Assembly: GCA_049423385.1 (NCBI GenBank)
Contig: JBMSQQ010000035.1
Location: 1-32,136, forward strand
Reading direction: 5' to 3'
DNA: 32,136 nucleotides
From: Silvanigrellaceae bacterium
Lineage (GTDB): Bacteria > Bdellovibrionota_B > Oligoflexia > Silvanigrellales > Silvanigrellaceae
Shown here: positions 9,927 through 18,015 of the stretch, piece after piece
Layout: the number at the start of each line of letters is the position of its first letter
Numbering within the stretch: the first letter of the stretch is position 1
The notes under the pieces: model-generated
What the model saw: only the letters and a program-made list of their open reading frames with translations
Told to the model about the DNA's origin: nothing
Database searches by the model: none
Made by a program: the position numbers and the translations under genes

Positions 9927-11089
9927 GGAATTTCAAACCCCGTGGCAAAAAAGTAGACCCGTCGTCCGCGGGTTCCGGCTTCACTGCCGAATTCTCGTGT
10001 GTAACTTCCCGCTTCCAACCGCATCAAGACGAGATTCGCGACAATTCCATAGCTCGGCCAACCTTGGTAATAGCCAGCGCCAAAGCCGATTCGGGATAGC
10101 AACAGAAGCTTGCAGCCCGCGCGAAAGCGACGGGTCCAGTGTTCGCCATAGGCGCGCTGAAGGTCGCGAAGGTCGGCGGCACAATGGATGGCGCTGCCGC
10201 GGGTGTGAGGAATGATTCCGATCCCGGCATTGATGGTTTGTTTCCAGGATGACACACCAGAACTGAATTTCGTCTGCCCGAGGTCGTCAACGGTGGCTGC
10301 AATTCGGACATCAAAATTGTCGCTGCGCAGCTGGACGGTGCTGCCCAGACCGACCGAAATCCCAAGGCCATATCTTGTGTTTGCTTTGATGTCTGACAGC
10401 ATTTGCTTGGCTCCTGCACCGGAAAAGTCGGACAGTGAAATGTTCTCCGCCGTTTCAGCCGCGTAGGATGGCTTGACCGAAACACCGACGCCAAGAGTGT
10501 CGCCGACCGGCATTGCAGCCAGTGCAGCGACGCCGACGGCTGCATCGGCTCGCGTGCGCACCTCAGGGAGTCCCTGCGAACCAAATTGACGGCCTTCAAT
10601 GTCTGTCCGAAGAGTTTGAAAAGCGCTGAGCCCGCCGAATGCGGTTACAAATCCAAGAGTCAGATCATTACCCACGTGAATCGGTGTCTTGAGAAGCTTT
10701 TCAACCAGGGTTGAGTCGACTTTCAGAGTGCCCGCTTTCTTTTTTTGATAAACTTCTCGGCCCAGGTCGACAGCATCCGCGCCAAAGTGGATGGCGGTTC
10801 GACCGTAAATCCATCTCAAAAATCCTGAACCGAGTGCCGGAAGACTGGGATTCGAGAAAAATACCCCTTCCTGGGTCGAACGGGTCAAGCTGGCGCCGCC
10901 CGCACTCAAGTCGAATGGGTTTTCATAGAGCGGTGCGCTTTTTCGGAGTGGGTCTGCTGCTGCTGTGCCTGCCCAGAGAAGTCCTGCCATCAGGAGCCAA
11001 ATTGATTTGTGACGAAAAAAAACGGAGCACTGGCCTTTTTCCGGTGATGGTCGGGGTGCTAGACTTTCATGGCGTTTTGCGAAATTCAT
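9923..11089 (-). CDS. Outer-membrane beta-barrel protein (FadL/PorV/TraF_2-like)
   Basis: Signal peptide ending AGTAAA-DP; N-terminal plug-like motif LSAGGA...FFSNPS; alternating amphipathic beta strands; terminal YFFATGFEIP strand. Start uncertain. Confidence 0.65.
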   Translation of the reverse strand: MNFAKRHESLAPRPSPEKGQCSVFFRHKSIWLLMAGLLWAGTAAADPLRKSAPLYENPFDLSAGGASLTRSTQEGVFFSNPSLPALGSGFLRWIYGRTAIHFGADAVDLGREVYQKKKAGTLKVDSTLVEKLLKTPIHVGNDLTLGFVTAFGGLSAFQTLRTDIEGRQFGSQGLPEVRTRADAAVGVAALAAMPVGDTLGVGVSVKPSYAAETAENISLSDFSGAGAKQMLSDIKANTRYGLGISVGLGSTVQLRSDNFDVRIAATVDDLGQTKFSSGVSSWKQTINAGIGIIPHTRGSAIHCAADLRDLQRAYGEHWTRRFRAGCKLLLLSRIGFGAGYYQGWPSYGIVANLVLMRLEAGSYTREFGSEAGTRGRRVYFFATGFEIP

Positions 11090-11135
11090 GTTCGATGTAT
11101 CGGTGAATTTAACTGTTTATGGAGACAAAAATTTG

Positions 11136-11690
11136 ATGCAGCAGGGATATTTCAACGGGCCCCACAGGAGCCGCCTGGCATCGGTTTGCGCCTATCACGG
11201 ACATTGGCCACAACTGCACGAAAGTGTGTTTCTGGCAGACGGTGCGCGGATCATCGGCGATGTTGTGCTGGGCAAGAATTGCAGCGTTTGGTTCAACACC
11301 GTCGTGCGCGGCGACGTCCACTCGATTGTAGTGGGCGAACAAACAAACATTCAGGATGGTGCAATCATTCATTGCACCTTTCAAAAAGCTTCCACCACAA
11401 TTGGTCGTCGGGTGAGCATTGCCCATTTGGCGATGATTCACGGGTGCACCATTGAGGATGAATGTCTTATCGGAATGCAGGCCATCATTATGGATGGTGC
11501 GGTGATTGGCCGTGGATCGATTGTCGGTGCCGGAGCGGTGGTCACGCAGGGAACCAAAATTCCTCCTGGGAGTCTTGTGCTTGGGGCACCTGCGAAAGTT
11601 GTCCGCGAAGTCAAGCCAGAGGAGCTTGCCGGAGTTCTGGCGACCTGCGACAGGTACATGGAATACACCAAGGGTTATCAATTTTCTTGA
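11136..11690 (+). CDS. Gamma-carbonic anhydrase family (YrdA/PaaY-like) hexapeptide-repeat protein
   Basis: VWFNTVVRGD, TNIQDGAIIH, IAHLAMIHGC (three Zn-ligand His), GAPAKVVR; GGAG SD at 11121. Confidence 0.92.
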   Translation: MQQGYFNGPHRSRLASVCAYHGHWPQLHESVFLADGARIIGDVVLGKNCSVWFNTVVRGDVHSIVVGEQTNIQDGAIIHCTFQKASTTIGRRVSIAHLAMIHGCTIEDECLIGMQAIIMDGAVIGRGSIVGAGAVVTQGTKIPPGSLVLGAPAKVVREVKPEELAGVLATCDRYMEYTKGYQFS

Positions 11691-11712
11691 GCCAGCGTGA
11701 GGAGAAGCGATC

Positions 11713-12921
11713 GTGGATGCAATGCTGCCTAGTCGTCTTGGAAAACTGAGAATTATTTGTTCTTTGCCGCTTTTTTCGGATGCCATCTGCTTGAAAAAGC
11801 AATCGGCAGCAGAGCATGGATTCACCCAGGTTCTATTGTCAATCGCTCTCGCCCCCCAGCTTGGGTTGAGCAAGGAAGCGGAATGCGATCTGATTGAATT
11901 GGCAATTTTCGCCGAACTTCCCAAGGCACTGTTGGGAGATCCCAGTTTTTATCTCCGCCAGCGCCACCCCGAGGCCTCTGCGCTTTACAAGGAGGTCCGT
12001 GGACGCCTCTTCAAGGAAACCGAAGAGAGTTTTCGCATGAAGACGTCGCGATCTCCCGAACTGTATGGTCTGCACCAACTTGTCGATGCGTTCGCGGCCA
12101 TGTTGTTCATTGAAAAAGAATGTTTGCTCGGCAATTCATATTTTCTCGCTGAACGATATCGAACGCACTATCACCAGATGCGTCGTCAGGTGCTTGCAGG
12201 TGAAACGTTGACTTCGATTCATCCCGTGCAAAAGACCGAGGGTGGGCCTGCATCAGCCAGCGGGCACTCTGGTTCAAATTCGGACGTCGATTGGAAAAAG
12301 GCCATTGCATTTCTGGATGGACTTTTCGACGACGCGACCCGTGCACGCCTGGAGGGCGGTATTGGCGAGTATTCATCGACCTTTGTCGGGATGATGGAAA
12401 AACTCAAGGAACATTATCGCTACAAGGGTTGGAGTTACCTGTTTCCTGAAAGTGTGGGCGAACACACCTATCAGGTGGTTTTTCTGGCGCGAATTTTAGC
12501 AAGCGCCCTGGGGCTTCGTCCCCAGGAAAGAATTGAATTGTATCGTCTCGCGACGATGCATGACCTCGCCGAGTCGTATGCCAGCGATGTGGTTTACCCT
12601 GTCAAGGTGCGTGAAAAGGATCTGGGTAAAATGCACGCCGATCTTGAAGAAAGAGTCATTGATGATATTTGCCAAAGGTTGGGTTTCACGCTGTCGGGCG
12701 ATGAATTTCTGGCAAATATTGTTGAAATTTGCGACAGGTTCTCGGCACAGCTTTATTTCGATCGAGAAAAACGCGGCGGAAACACCCATTTCAGCGTACC
12801 CAACACTTCGATGGATCGCACCCGGGAAAAGTACAAAAGCAAGCATCCGGAAATCTTTCTGGTGCTGGATGAGCTGTGGGAAGAGTTCCAGGCTTGTTTC
12901 ACGCCCTCTGTACGCACGTGA
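11713..12921 (+). CDS. Tandem YfbR-like HD-domain protein (C-terminal domain intact 5'-deoxynucleotidase-like, N-terminal domain degenerate)
   Basis: C-terminal: LK...R...ESVGEHTYQV...MHDLAESYASD..PVK...CD...E..GNTHF. N-terminal paralog: QSAAEH...FAELPKALLGD...VD...E..GNSYF. GAGGAG SD, GTG start. Confidence 0.85.
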   Translation: MDAMLPSRLGKLRIICSLPLFSDAICLKKQSAAEHGFTQVLLSIALAPQLGLSKEAECDLIELAIFAELPKALLGDPSFYLRQRHPEASALYKEVRGRLFKETEESFRMKTSRSPELYGLHQLVDAFAAMLFIEKECLLGNSYFLAERYRTHYHQMRRQVLAGETLTSIHPVQKTEGGPASASGHSGSNSDVDWKKAIAFLDGLFDDATRARLEGGIGEYSSTFVGMMEKLKEHYRYKGWSYLFPESVGEHTYQVVFLARILASALGLRPQERIELYRLATMHDLAESYASDVVYPVKVREKDLGKMHADLEERVIDDICQRLGFTLSGDEFLANIVEICDRFSAQLYFDREKRGGNTHFSVPNTSMDRTREKYKSKHPEIFLVLDELWEEFQACFTPSVRT

Positions 12922-12973
12922 ATTCGCCAGGTTGAGGAGTTGAAGCCCGGAAATATTGGGGTCTGCTGCGAAC

Positions 12974-13002
12974 TTGCAATTTTACGACCCGGTGGCTATA
13001 AG
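12974..13002 (+). promoter_or_regulatory. Sigma70-type promoter for tRNA-Cys
   Basis: TTGCAA-17 bp-TATAAG, ending 17 bp before the tRNA 5' end. Confidence 0.7.
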
Positions 13003-13019
13003 CCTCTCACTTCCGACAT

Positions 13020-13094
13020 GGTGCTGTGGCGGAGCGGCTACGCAAACGATTGCAAATCGTTTTCACAGGGGTTCGAATCCCCTCGGCACCTCCA
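13020..13094 (+). tRNA. tRNA-Cys(GCA)
   Basis: Acceptor GGTGCTG/CGGCACC; anticodon stem AACGA/TCGTT with loop TTGCAAA; T arm AGGGG-TTCGAAT-CCCCT; U73 discriminator; encoded CCA. Confidence 0.97.
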
Positions 13095-13109
13095 TCTTTT
13101 TTAGACGAT

Positions 13110-14459
13110 TCATCCCAAAATCAAAGCAACAATCCATCCGGCAATGGCTGACACCGGGACCATTGCAATGCCCCAAAAGAGCAGTGACCGATACAACGTG
13201 GTGCGTTCATTCGGGTTTGAGACTTGTGCCATGCAGAGGGCTCCGAGCGTCGAAAGCGGACTTGCATCAACAAGGTGGCTTCCAAGGCAAATCGAAATCA
13301 GAAGTGCGATCAAAACCGATTCATCCATTCCAACTGACAAGCTTTCCACAAGGGGAAGAAAAAGCGGCAATGCGACTCCGACCGAACTCGTGAACGACGA
13401 AACAAGGGCCGAAGCGGCGGTAACGAGTGGCGTCAGCCACTGCAGTGCAATATTTTGTTTGAGGGTTGCGACGAGCTGCGTCGCAAGTCCGATATGATTG
13501 ATGAGCTCAATATAGGTGCTCATTCCGCAAACCAGCAGAATTGTCGACCAAGGAATTCGTTGAATGGATTCTTCAAGATCTGCAGCCTTGAAGGACAACA
13601 AAAGCAAGACTCCAATCCAGCCGATGGTGCCAATTTCAGAAAAGCGTTTGGGAATCCACAGGAAATTTTCCGGCAAGGAATTCTGCAAAGGTTGCAATGC
13701 GAGCAGACTGGCCAGCAAAAACAGTGTCAGCAGCATGAGGCTGATTCTTGAAGCCTTTCTCTGCTGCACTGTCAGCTCGTTGGTTTGTTTTGGCAGATTG
13801 TCCCGAAGCTGCGAAATTTGACTGCCTTTGTGAACTTTCCACCATTCGAATCCGCCAAGAATAAAGAAGCCAACCGCTGATACAAATGTGATGCCCGCAA
13901 AAACCGATGTGAAAATGATCCATTGGAGCAGATCTGGTGCAGTTTTTCCAGACAATACGCGATTTGAGTGGATGAACGTGTCAATGAGAATGCCGGGCAA
14001 TGTCAGCGGCGAAAAAGAGGCAGCATTCGCTGCACCCACAACTAAAATGCTCATCAGGGTTTTGGAAAACTTGAGCTGGTCTGCAAGGCGAATGGCGATG
14101 GGAGCGATGAGAGCGACAGAGGCAATGTTTCCCATTCCAAGTGCTGTGAAGAGGGCGACAACCATAAAAACAACAAAGGGAACCGAGCGGGGAGCTTGAG
14201 CAAATCTTGCAACGATTCTCAACAGCAACGTGTCGAGCAGGCCGCTCGAATTGAGACAACCAAAAAAAAATGTCACTCCCAGGAGAGTAAGAAACAAATG
14301 GCTCGGGAAGAGAATGTTGATCGCTTCGCTGGGGCTTTTCTGCAAAAGATATGGAGCCAGAAAAAAGGTGGATGTCAGGGCCAGAAGGCCGGGATTGAGC
14401 CGTGGAAATAGCACGGAGACCAGCAAAATCCCGATCAATAGAACAACGAGGATGAGCAT
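13110..14459 (-). CDS. IT-superfamily anion permease (SLC13/CitMHS/MatC-like dicarboxylate carrier)
   Basis: About 11-12 hydrophobic segments; GAANAASFSPL; IPWSTILLVCGM; DASPLSTLGALC. Confidence 0.82.
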   Translation of the reverse strand: MLILVVLLIGILLVSVLFPRLNPGLLALTSTFFLAPYLLQKSPSEAINILFPSHLFLTLLGVTFFFGCLNSSGLLDTLLLRIVARFAQAPRSVPFVVFMVVALFTALGMGNIASVALIAPIAIRLADQLKFSKTLMSILVVGAANAASFSPLTLPGILIDTFIHSNRVLSGKTAPDLLQWIIFTSVFAGITFVSAVGFFILGGFEWWKVHKGSQISQLRDNLPKQTNELTVQQRKASRISLMLLTLFLLASLLALQPLQNSLPENFLWIPKRFSEIGTIGWIGVLLLLSFKAADLEESIQRIPWSTILLVCGMSTYIELINHIGLATQLVATLKQNIALQWLTPLVTAASALVSSFTSSVGVALPLFLPLVESLSVGMDESVLIALLISICLGSHLVDASPLSTLGALCMAQVSNPNERTTLYRSLLFWGIAMVPVSAIAGWIVALILG

Positions 14460-14462
14460 GTC

Positions 14463-15647
14463 TCACTCGCTGATTTGGATGAGCGCCGCTGCTTCCAGAG
14501 CAGAGGCCATTGCTTCTTTGACGTTTGTGCCTGTCGCCAAAACAACCCCCATGCGACGACCTGCAGTTGCAATTGGCTTACCAAAAATACGAACGTCGAC
14601 GTTGGGACAGGAAAGGGCCCGATCAACTCCAGTGAATTTTGGATCCGCTATTGCAGATGTTGATTTCAAGGTGACACTTGCACCAATGCTGTGGCGGGTG
14701 ATTTGTCGAACGGGAAGGCCAAGAATTGCTCTTGCGTGAATTGCGAATTCACTCCAACTCTGGGTTGCCATTGTGACCATCCCGGTGTCGTGTGGCCGCG
14801 GACTCACTTCGCTGAACAACACGCGACCATCCCTGAGCAGAAACAACTCAACACCAAACAAACCGAAGCCGCCCAGCGCGTCGGTGACATGGGTCGCAAT
14901 TTTTTGAGCCAGCGCGATTTGGTCGGCGCTCATGGCATGTGGTTGCCAACTTTCCACATAGTCTCCATCGACCTGGCGATGGCCGATGGGGTCACAGAAA
15001 AGAGTTCCATTGACAGCGCGGACCGTCAGGAGTGTGATTTCGCTTTCGAATGAAATGAATTCCTCAACAATCACCCGTCCTGCGCCGGCTCTTCCGCCTT
15101 CTTGTGCCGTTTTCCAACTGGCAGTCATCGCATCGGCCGTGCGACAAACGCTTTGGCCTTTGCCACTGGAGCTCATGATTGGCTTCACAACGCATGGAAA
15201 ACCCAAAGTGGAGCATGCTCTTGTGAATTCATCATAGCTGTCTGCAAACAAATACCTCGCAGTCGGAAGCTTGAGTTCTTCGGCTGCGAGCCGGCGGATG
15301 CCTTCGCGATCCATGGTCAATCGCGCTGCCCTCGCAGTCGGAATCACCTTCCATCCCTCGCTCTCGAGTTTTTCAAGTTCAGCTGTGCAGATGGCTTCCA
15401 CTTCGGGCACGATGAAATCAGGTTTCGTTGTTTCGACCGCTTCCCGGACCGCACTTGCATCCAGCATGTTGAAGACCATGCGATGGTGTGCAACTTGCAT
15501 CGCGGGTGCGTTGTCGTACTTGTCGCATGCCGTGACTTCGATTCCCAGGCGATTCAATTCGATGGTGACTTCTTTTCCGAGTTCGCCACTTCCGAGGAGC
15601 AGAACCTTTTGAGTTGAAGGTTTGTAAGGCGTGCCGAATTCAATCAT
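14463..15647 (-). CDS. purT: Formate-dependent phosphoribosylglycinamide formyltransferase
   Basis: LLGSGELGKE, APAMQVAH, TMDREGIRRLAAE, KPIMSSSGKGQS, ESWQP, FSEVSPRPHDTG, RRMGV; GGGGAG SD favours ATG 15647. Confidence 0.96.
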   Translation of the reverse strand: MIEFGTPYKPSTQKVLLLGSGELGKEVTIELNRLGIEVTACDKYDNAPAMQVAHHRMVFNMLDASAVREAVETTKPDFIVPEVEAICTAELEKLESEGWKVIPTARAARLTMDREGIRRLAAEELKLPTARYLFADSYDEFTRACSTLGFPCVVKPIMSSSGKGQSVCRTADAMTASWKTAQEGGRAGAGRVIVEEFISFESEITLLTVRAVNGTLFCDPIGHRQVDGDYVESWQPHAMSADQIALAQKIATHVTDALGGFGLFGVELFLLRDGRVLFSEVSPRPHDTGMVTMATQSWSEFAIHARAILGLPVRQITRHSIGASVTLKSTSAIADPKFTGVDRALSCPNVDVRIFGKPIATAGRRMGVVLATGTNVKEAMASALEAAALIQISE

Positions 15648-15768
15648 CTCAGGGCTCCCCATAGGTCATAAAAGTTTCAACGGCGGAACAGATGGCGATG
15701 GCTGTCGCATAGCATATTCCTGCTCGTTTGCTCCATTCCCGGAATTCTTGGACTTCCAGAACGTTTAC

Positions 15769-15806
15769 AAAAAAAAACGCGGGCCGGAGATGATCCCGCC
15801 CGCATT
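15769..15806 (-). terminator. Rho-independent terminator downstream of the 15832-16665 lipoprotein gene
   Basis: Minus strand GCGGGCGGGA-TCAT-CTCCGGCCCGC followed by GT9. Confidence 0.85.
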
Positions 15807-15831
15807 TTCCTGTCAGCTTTCGGCCCACAAA

Positions 15832-16665
15832 TTAGGGGCGCTTGCTGAAGCTTTGAATCATCGTCATGCCGCTGCATTCCGGGGCGTTGCCGATGGTGCG
15901 GACGAGAGCATCTCCACCTGCGAAAAGGCCGACCTTCTCGTACACTGCAGAAGGTTCTGAACCAAGGCTGCATTTGACTTCACCGCCAGCATCGTCATAC
16001 GAGGCTGCCGAAGTGCTGACCCGCAAGCTCGACGGACCATTGGCGGTGAAGGTCGAGTTTTGCTTGATCGTGCACATCATCGATTGACGGGTTGCTTGAT
16101 CTTCAAGTTTGACCCAACGGAATTCTTCCATCGAAGTCCTGTTGATTGTGAGGGTGACGTAAAACTCATCGTTTCGGCGCATTTCATTGAGGCGCTGGAG
16201 GACGGGTGGGATGGTGCCGTTTTCGCAATAAACGGCCTCGAAATCCCAAGTTCCCAAGGCGCCGCTGATGTCCAGGGCAGGACCGCGTGCTCCGCCAGGG
16301 GGAGTGGTGCCTGTTCCAGGGGCTGTTCCTGGAACATTTCCTGTTCCGGGAAAGTTGCCGCCAGGAAAGCCTGGGTTTGCAGCAGGGTTGTTCGCCGTTG
16401 TTGGGTCGTCGCCAAGATTGCCTGGAGTTGTGTCGCAGTTGTTGGTCGGGTTCGTTCCAGCCGGGAGGTTGCCAGCGTCTTGTGGTGCGGGAATGGCAGG
16501 ATTGTTGTTGGCAGGTGCGTTGCTGCCCGGGATGAAGATCATGCCCATTTTGTTTGTGGGGTTTTGCGCGTTGCAAGTGGTGTTGGAGTTCCCGCTCGAG
16601 GAGCTGCCACACGATGCAACGAGAAAAAGAGATCCAGCAAAAATTCCAGTGTTGATAATCTTCAT
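15832..16665 (-). CDS. Lipoprotein with N/P/G-rich linker and C-terminal lipocalin-like beta domain
   Basis: AGGAG SD; lipobox FLVASC; about 110-aa Asn/Pro/Gly low-complexity linker; LGTW motif followed by beta strands with 4 Cys. Confidence 0.75.
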   Translation of the reverse strand: MKIINTGIFAGSLFLVASCGSSSSGNSNTTCNAQNPTNKMGMIFIPGSNAPANNNPAIPAPQDAGNLPAGTNPTNNCDTTPGNLGDDPTTANNPAANPGFPGGNFPGTGNVPGTAPGTGTTPPGGARGPALDISGALGTWDFEAVYCENGTIPPVLQRLNEMRRNDEFYVTLTINRTSMEEFRWVKLEDQATRQSMMCTIKQNSTFTANGPSSLRVSTSAASYDDAGGEVKCSLGSEPSAVYEKVGLFAGGDALVRTIGNAPECSGMTMIQSFSKRP

Positions 16666-16777
16666 GACAACTCCTGACAGCGTTGGGTGACTGCCCGTTT
16701 CGCTATCAGAGTTTTTGCTGTTTGGCCAGTTCAATTTTGGGCATGGGCACTCACAGGGGCCATTTTTTCTTGATGAT

Positions 16778-17905
16778 TCAGGGCAGTTCAACCATGCGAT
16801 TGCCCAGTGCCATCAGCTTGTTTTGCGAGTCATATCCCTTGATTTGGAATACCCTTTCACCGGGAGTTGAGAGCACCTGACGGCTGGAGACTCTGGCCCC
16901 TTCGCCCGCGAAGAGCGGCTTCTGGAGGCGGTCGATGAAGACTTCAACTCTCGCGGCGTTCCTGGCGGAGGCTTCCATCACGTAAGTCTTTTCTCCATCC
17001 CTGCGGAACTTGAATGAGACGTCTCCGAATTCGTTTTTCGCAACCGGACCAAACTTGGCAAGTGCCTCCGGGTATTTGTCCATATGGACGAATTTGAATC
17101 CCTCATTTTTCATTTGCGCGACGATTCCGGGATAGGTTCCCTTGCCGAGCAGCATTTCCCTGGTTTTTTGATGAATGTCGTGCGCCAGGATGATGATTCC
17201 GTGCGATCTGCCTTTGGCTTTGATTTGGGCCATGTAGTAGTCGCCGCATTGCTCTGCAGTCTTCTTTTCGCACACTGGTTCAACATCACCGCTGACGTCC
17301 CAGAAAAAAGGACCAATGTATTTGCTCAGGGTTTTGTTGATTTCGTTGAGACTGTTGACTTCTTCGGGAACATCCCGGCGAAAAAAGTTGCCGCCCGGAG
17401 CCCGGAAGAAAAATGGTTTTCGGGAATTGTTGACGTATCCGGCAATGAGGTTGTCGGTTTTCTGAATCTCCATGCGGGCGTAGTCCGTGCCGTCACAAGC
17501 AATACATGCAATTCCATTGGTCTTGCGTTTGTGGTCCCACGAGTGATTCGAGATGATCGTCGCTGGCTGCCCTTTGAGTGGCCCTGATGTGAATTTCAGT
17601 TCGGCCATCTCTTTTGTCACTTGAGGATAACTTTGAATGTTGATGCCGATCATGAAATAGGCAACGGGCACTTCAAGATCCCGGAGTTTTTTGGCCAGTT
17701 CCAGGGATTCCGGTGCTGGGCCATCATCGAGGGTGAGGGCGACCTCCATGGGGCGGAGTCCAATCTGCTGTCCGCTCGTCAAGGAGTTCTCGTATCCGAG
17801 TGCCTGTTCAGCGGAATTTTGCTCTTGAGGGTCAAACTTTTTGCATCCAACAACAGCGGTCACCGACATCAAGGCTGAGCCAAACAAGATCAGGTTTTTC
17901 ACCAC
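16778..17905 (-). CDS. Polysaccharide/peptidoglycan deacetylase (CE4, NodB homology) lipoprotein with C-terminal Ig-like domain
   Basis: Lipobox AVVGC; TLDDGP, NHSWDH, FFRAPGG, IILAHD; AAGGAG SD, GTG start. Confidence 0.9.
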   Translation of the reverse strand: MVKNLILFGSALMSVTAVVGCKKFDPQEQNSAEQALGYENSLTSGQQIGLRPMEVALTLDDGPAPESLELAKKLRDLEVPVAYFMIGINIQSYPQVTKEMAELKFTSGPLKGQPATIISNHSWDHKRKTNGIACIACDGTDYARMEIQKTDNLIAGYVNNSRKPFFFRAPGGNFFRRDVPEEVNSLNEINKTLSKYIGPFFWDVSGDVEPVCEKKTAEQCGDYYMAQIKAKGRSHGIIILAHDIHQKTREMLLGKGTYPGIVAQMKNEGFKFVHMDKYPEALAKFGPVAKNEFGDVSFKFRRDGEKTYVMEASARNAARVEVFIDRLQKPLFAGEGARVSSRQVLSTPGERVFQIKGYDSQNKLMALGNRMVELP

Positions 17906-18015
17906 AAGACTCCTTTGATCACTTTCATCCGTCCAGTGATCGGCACTTCCGCAGATGGAGATGTGGCTGTTGTTGCAGGGTCGGACAAATTCATGACCCG
18001 ACCCGTGACTTTTTG

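Noticed and set aside
13076..13110. tRNA-Cys as integration site of a genomic island
   Set aside because: No integrase, no duplicated tRNA 3' end seen in the window, no obvious compositional shift
14262..14270. A9 homopolymer in the permease as a phase-variation tract
   Set aside because: Encodes FFF in a TM helix; frame intact; short A/T runs are common here
15648..15768. Possible ZTP or purine riboswitch upstream of purT
   Set aside because: ZTP (GACTGGCG...GCCTGGGC) and purine aptamer motifs absent; the nearby terminator belongs to the upstream gene
16060..16690. Several overlapping ORFs, including a Gln-rich 142-aa frame
   Set aside because: Alternative frames of the low-complexity N/P/G linker
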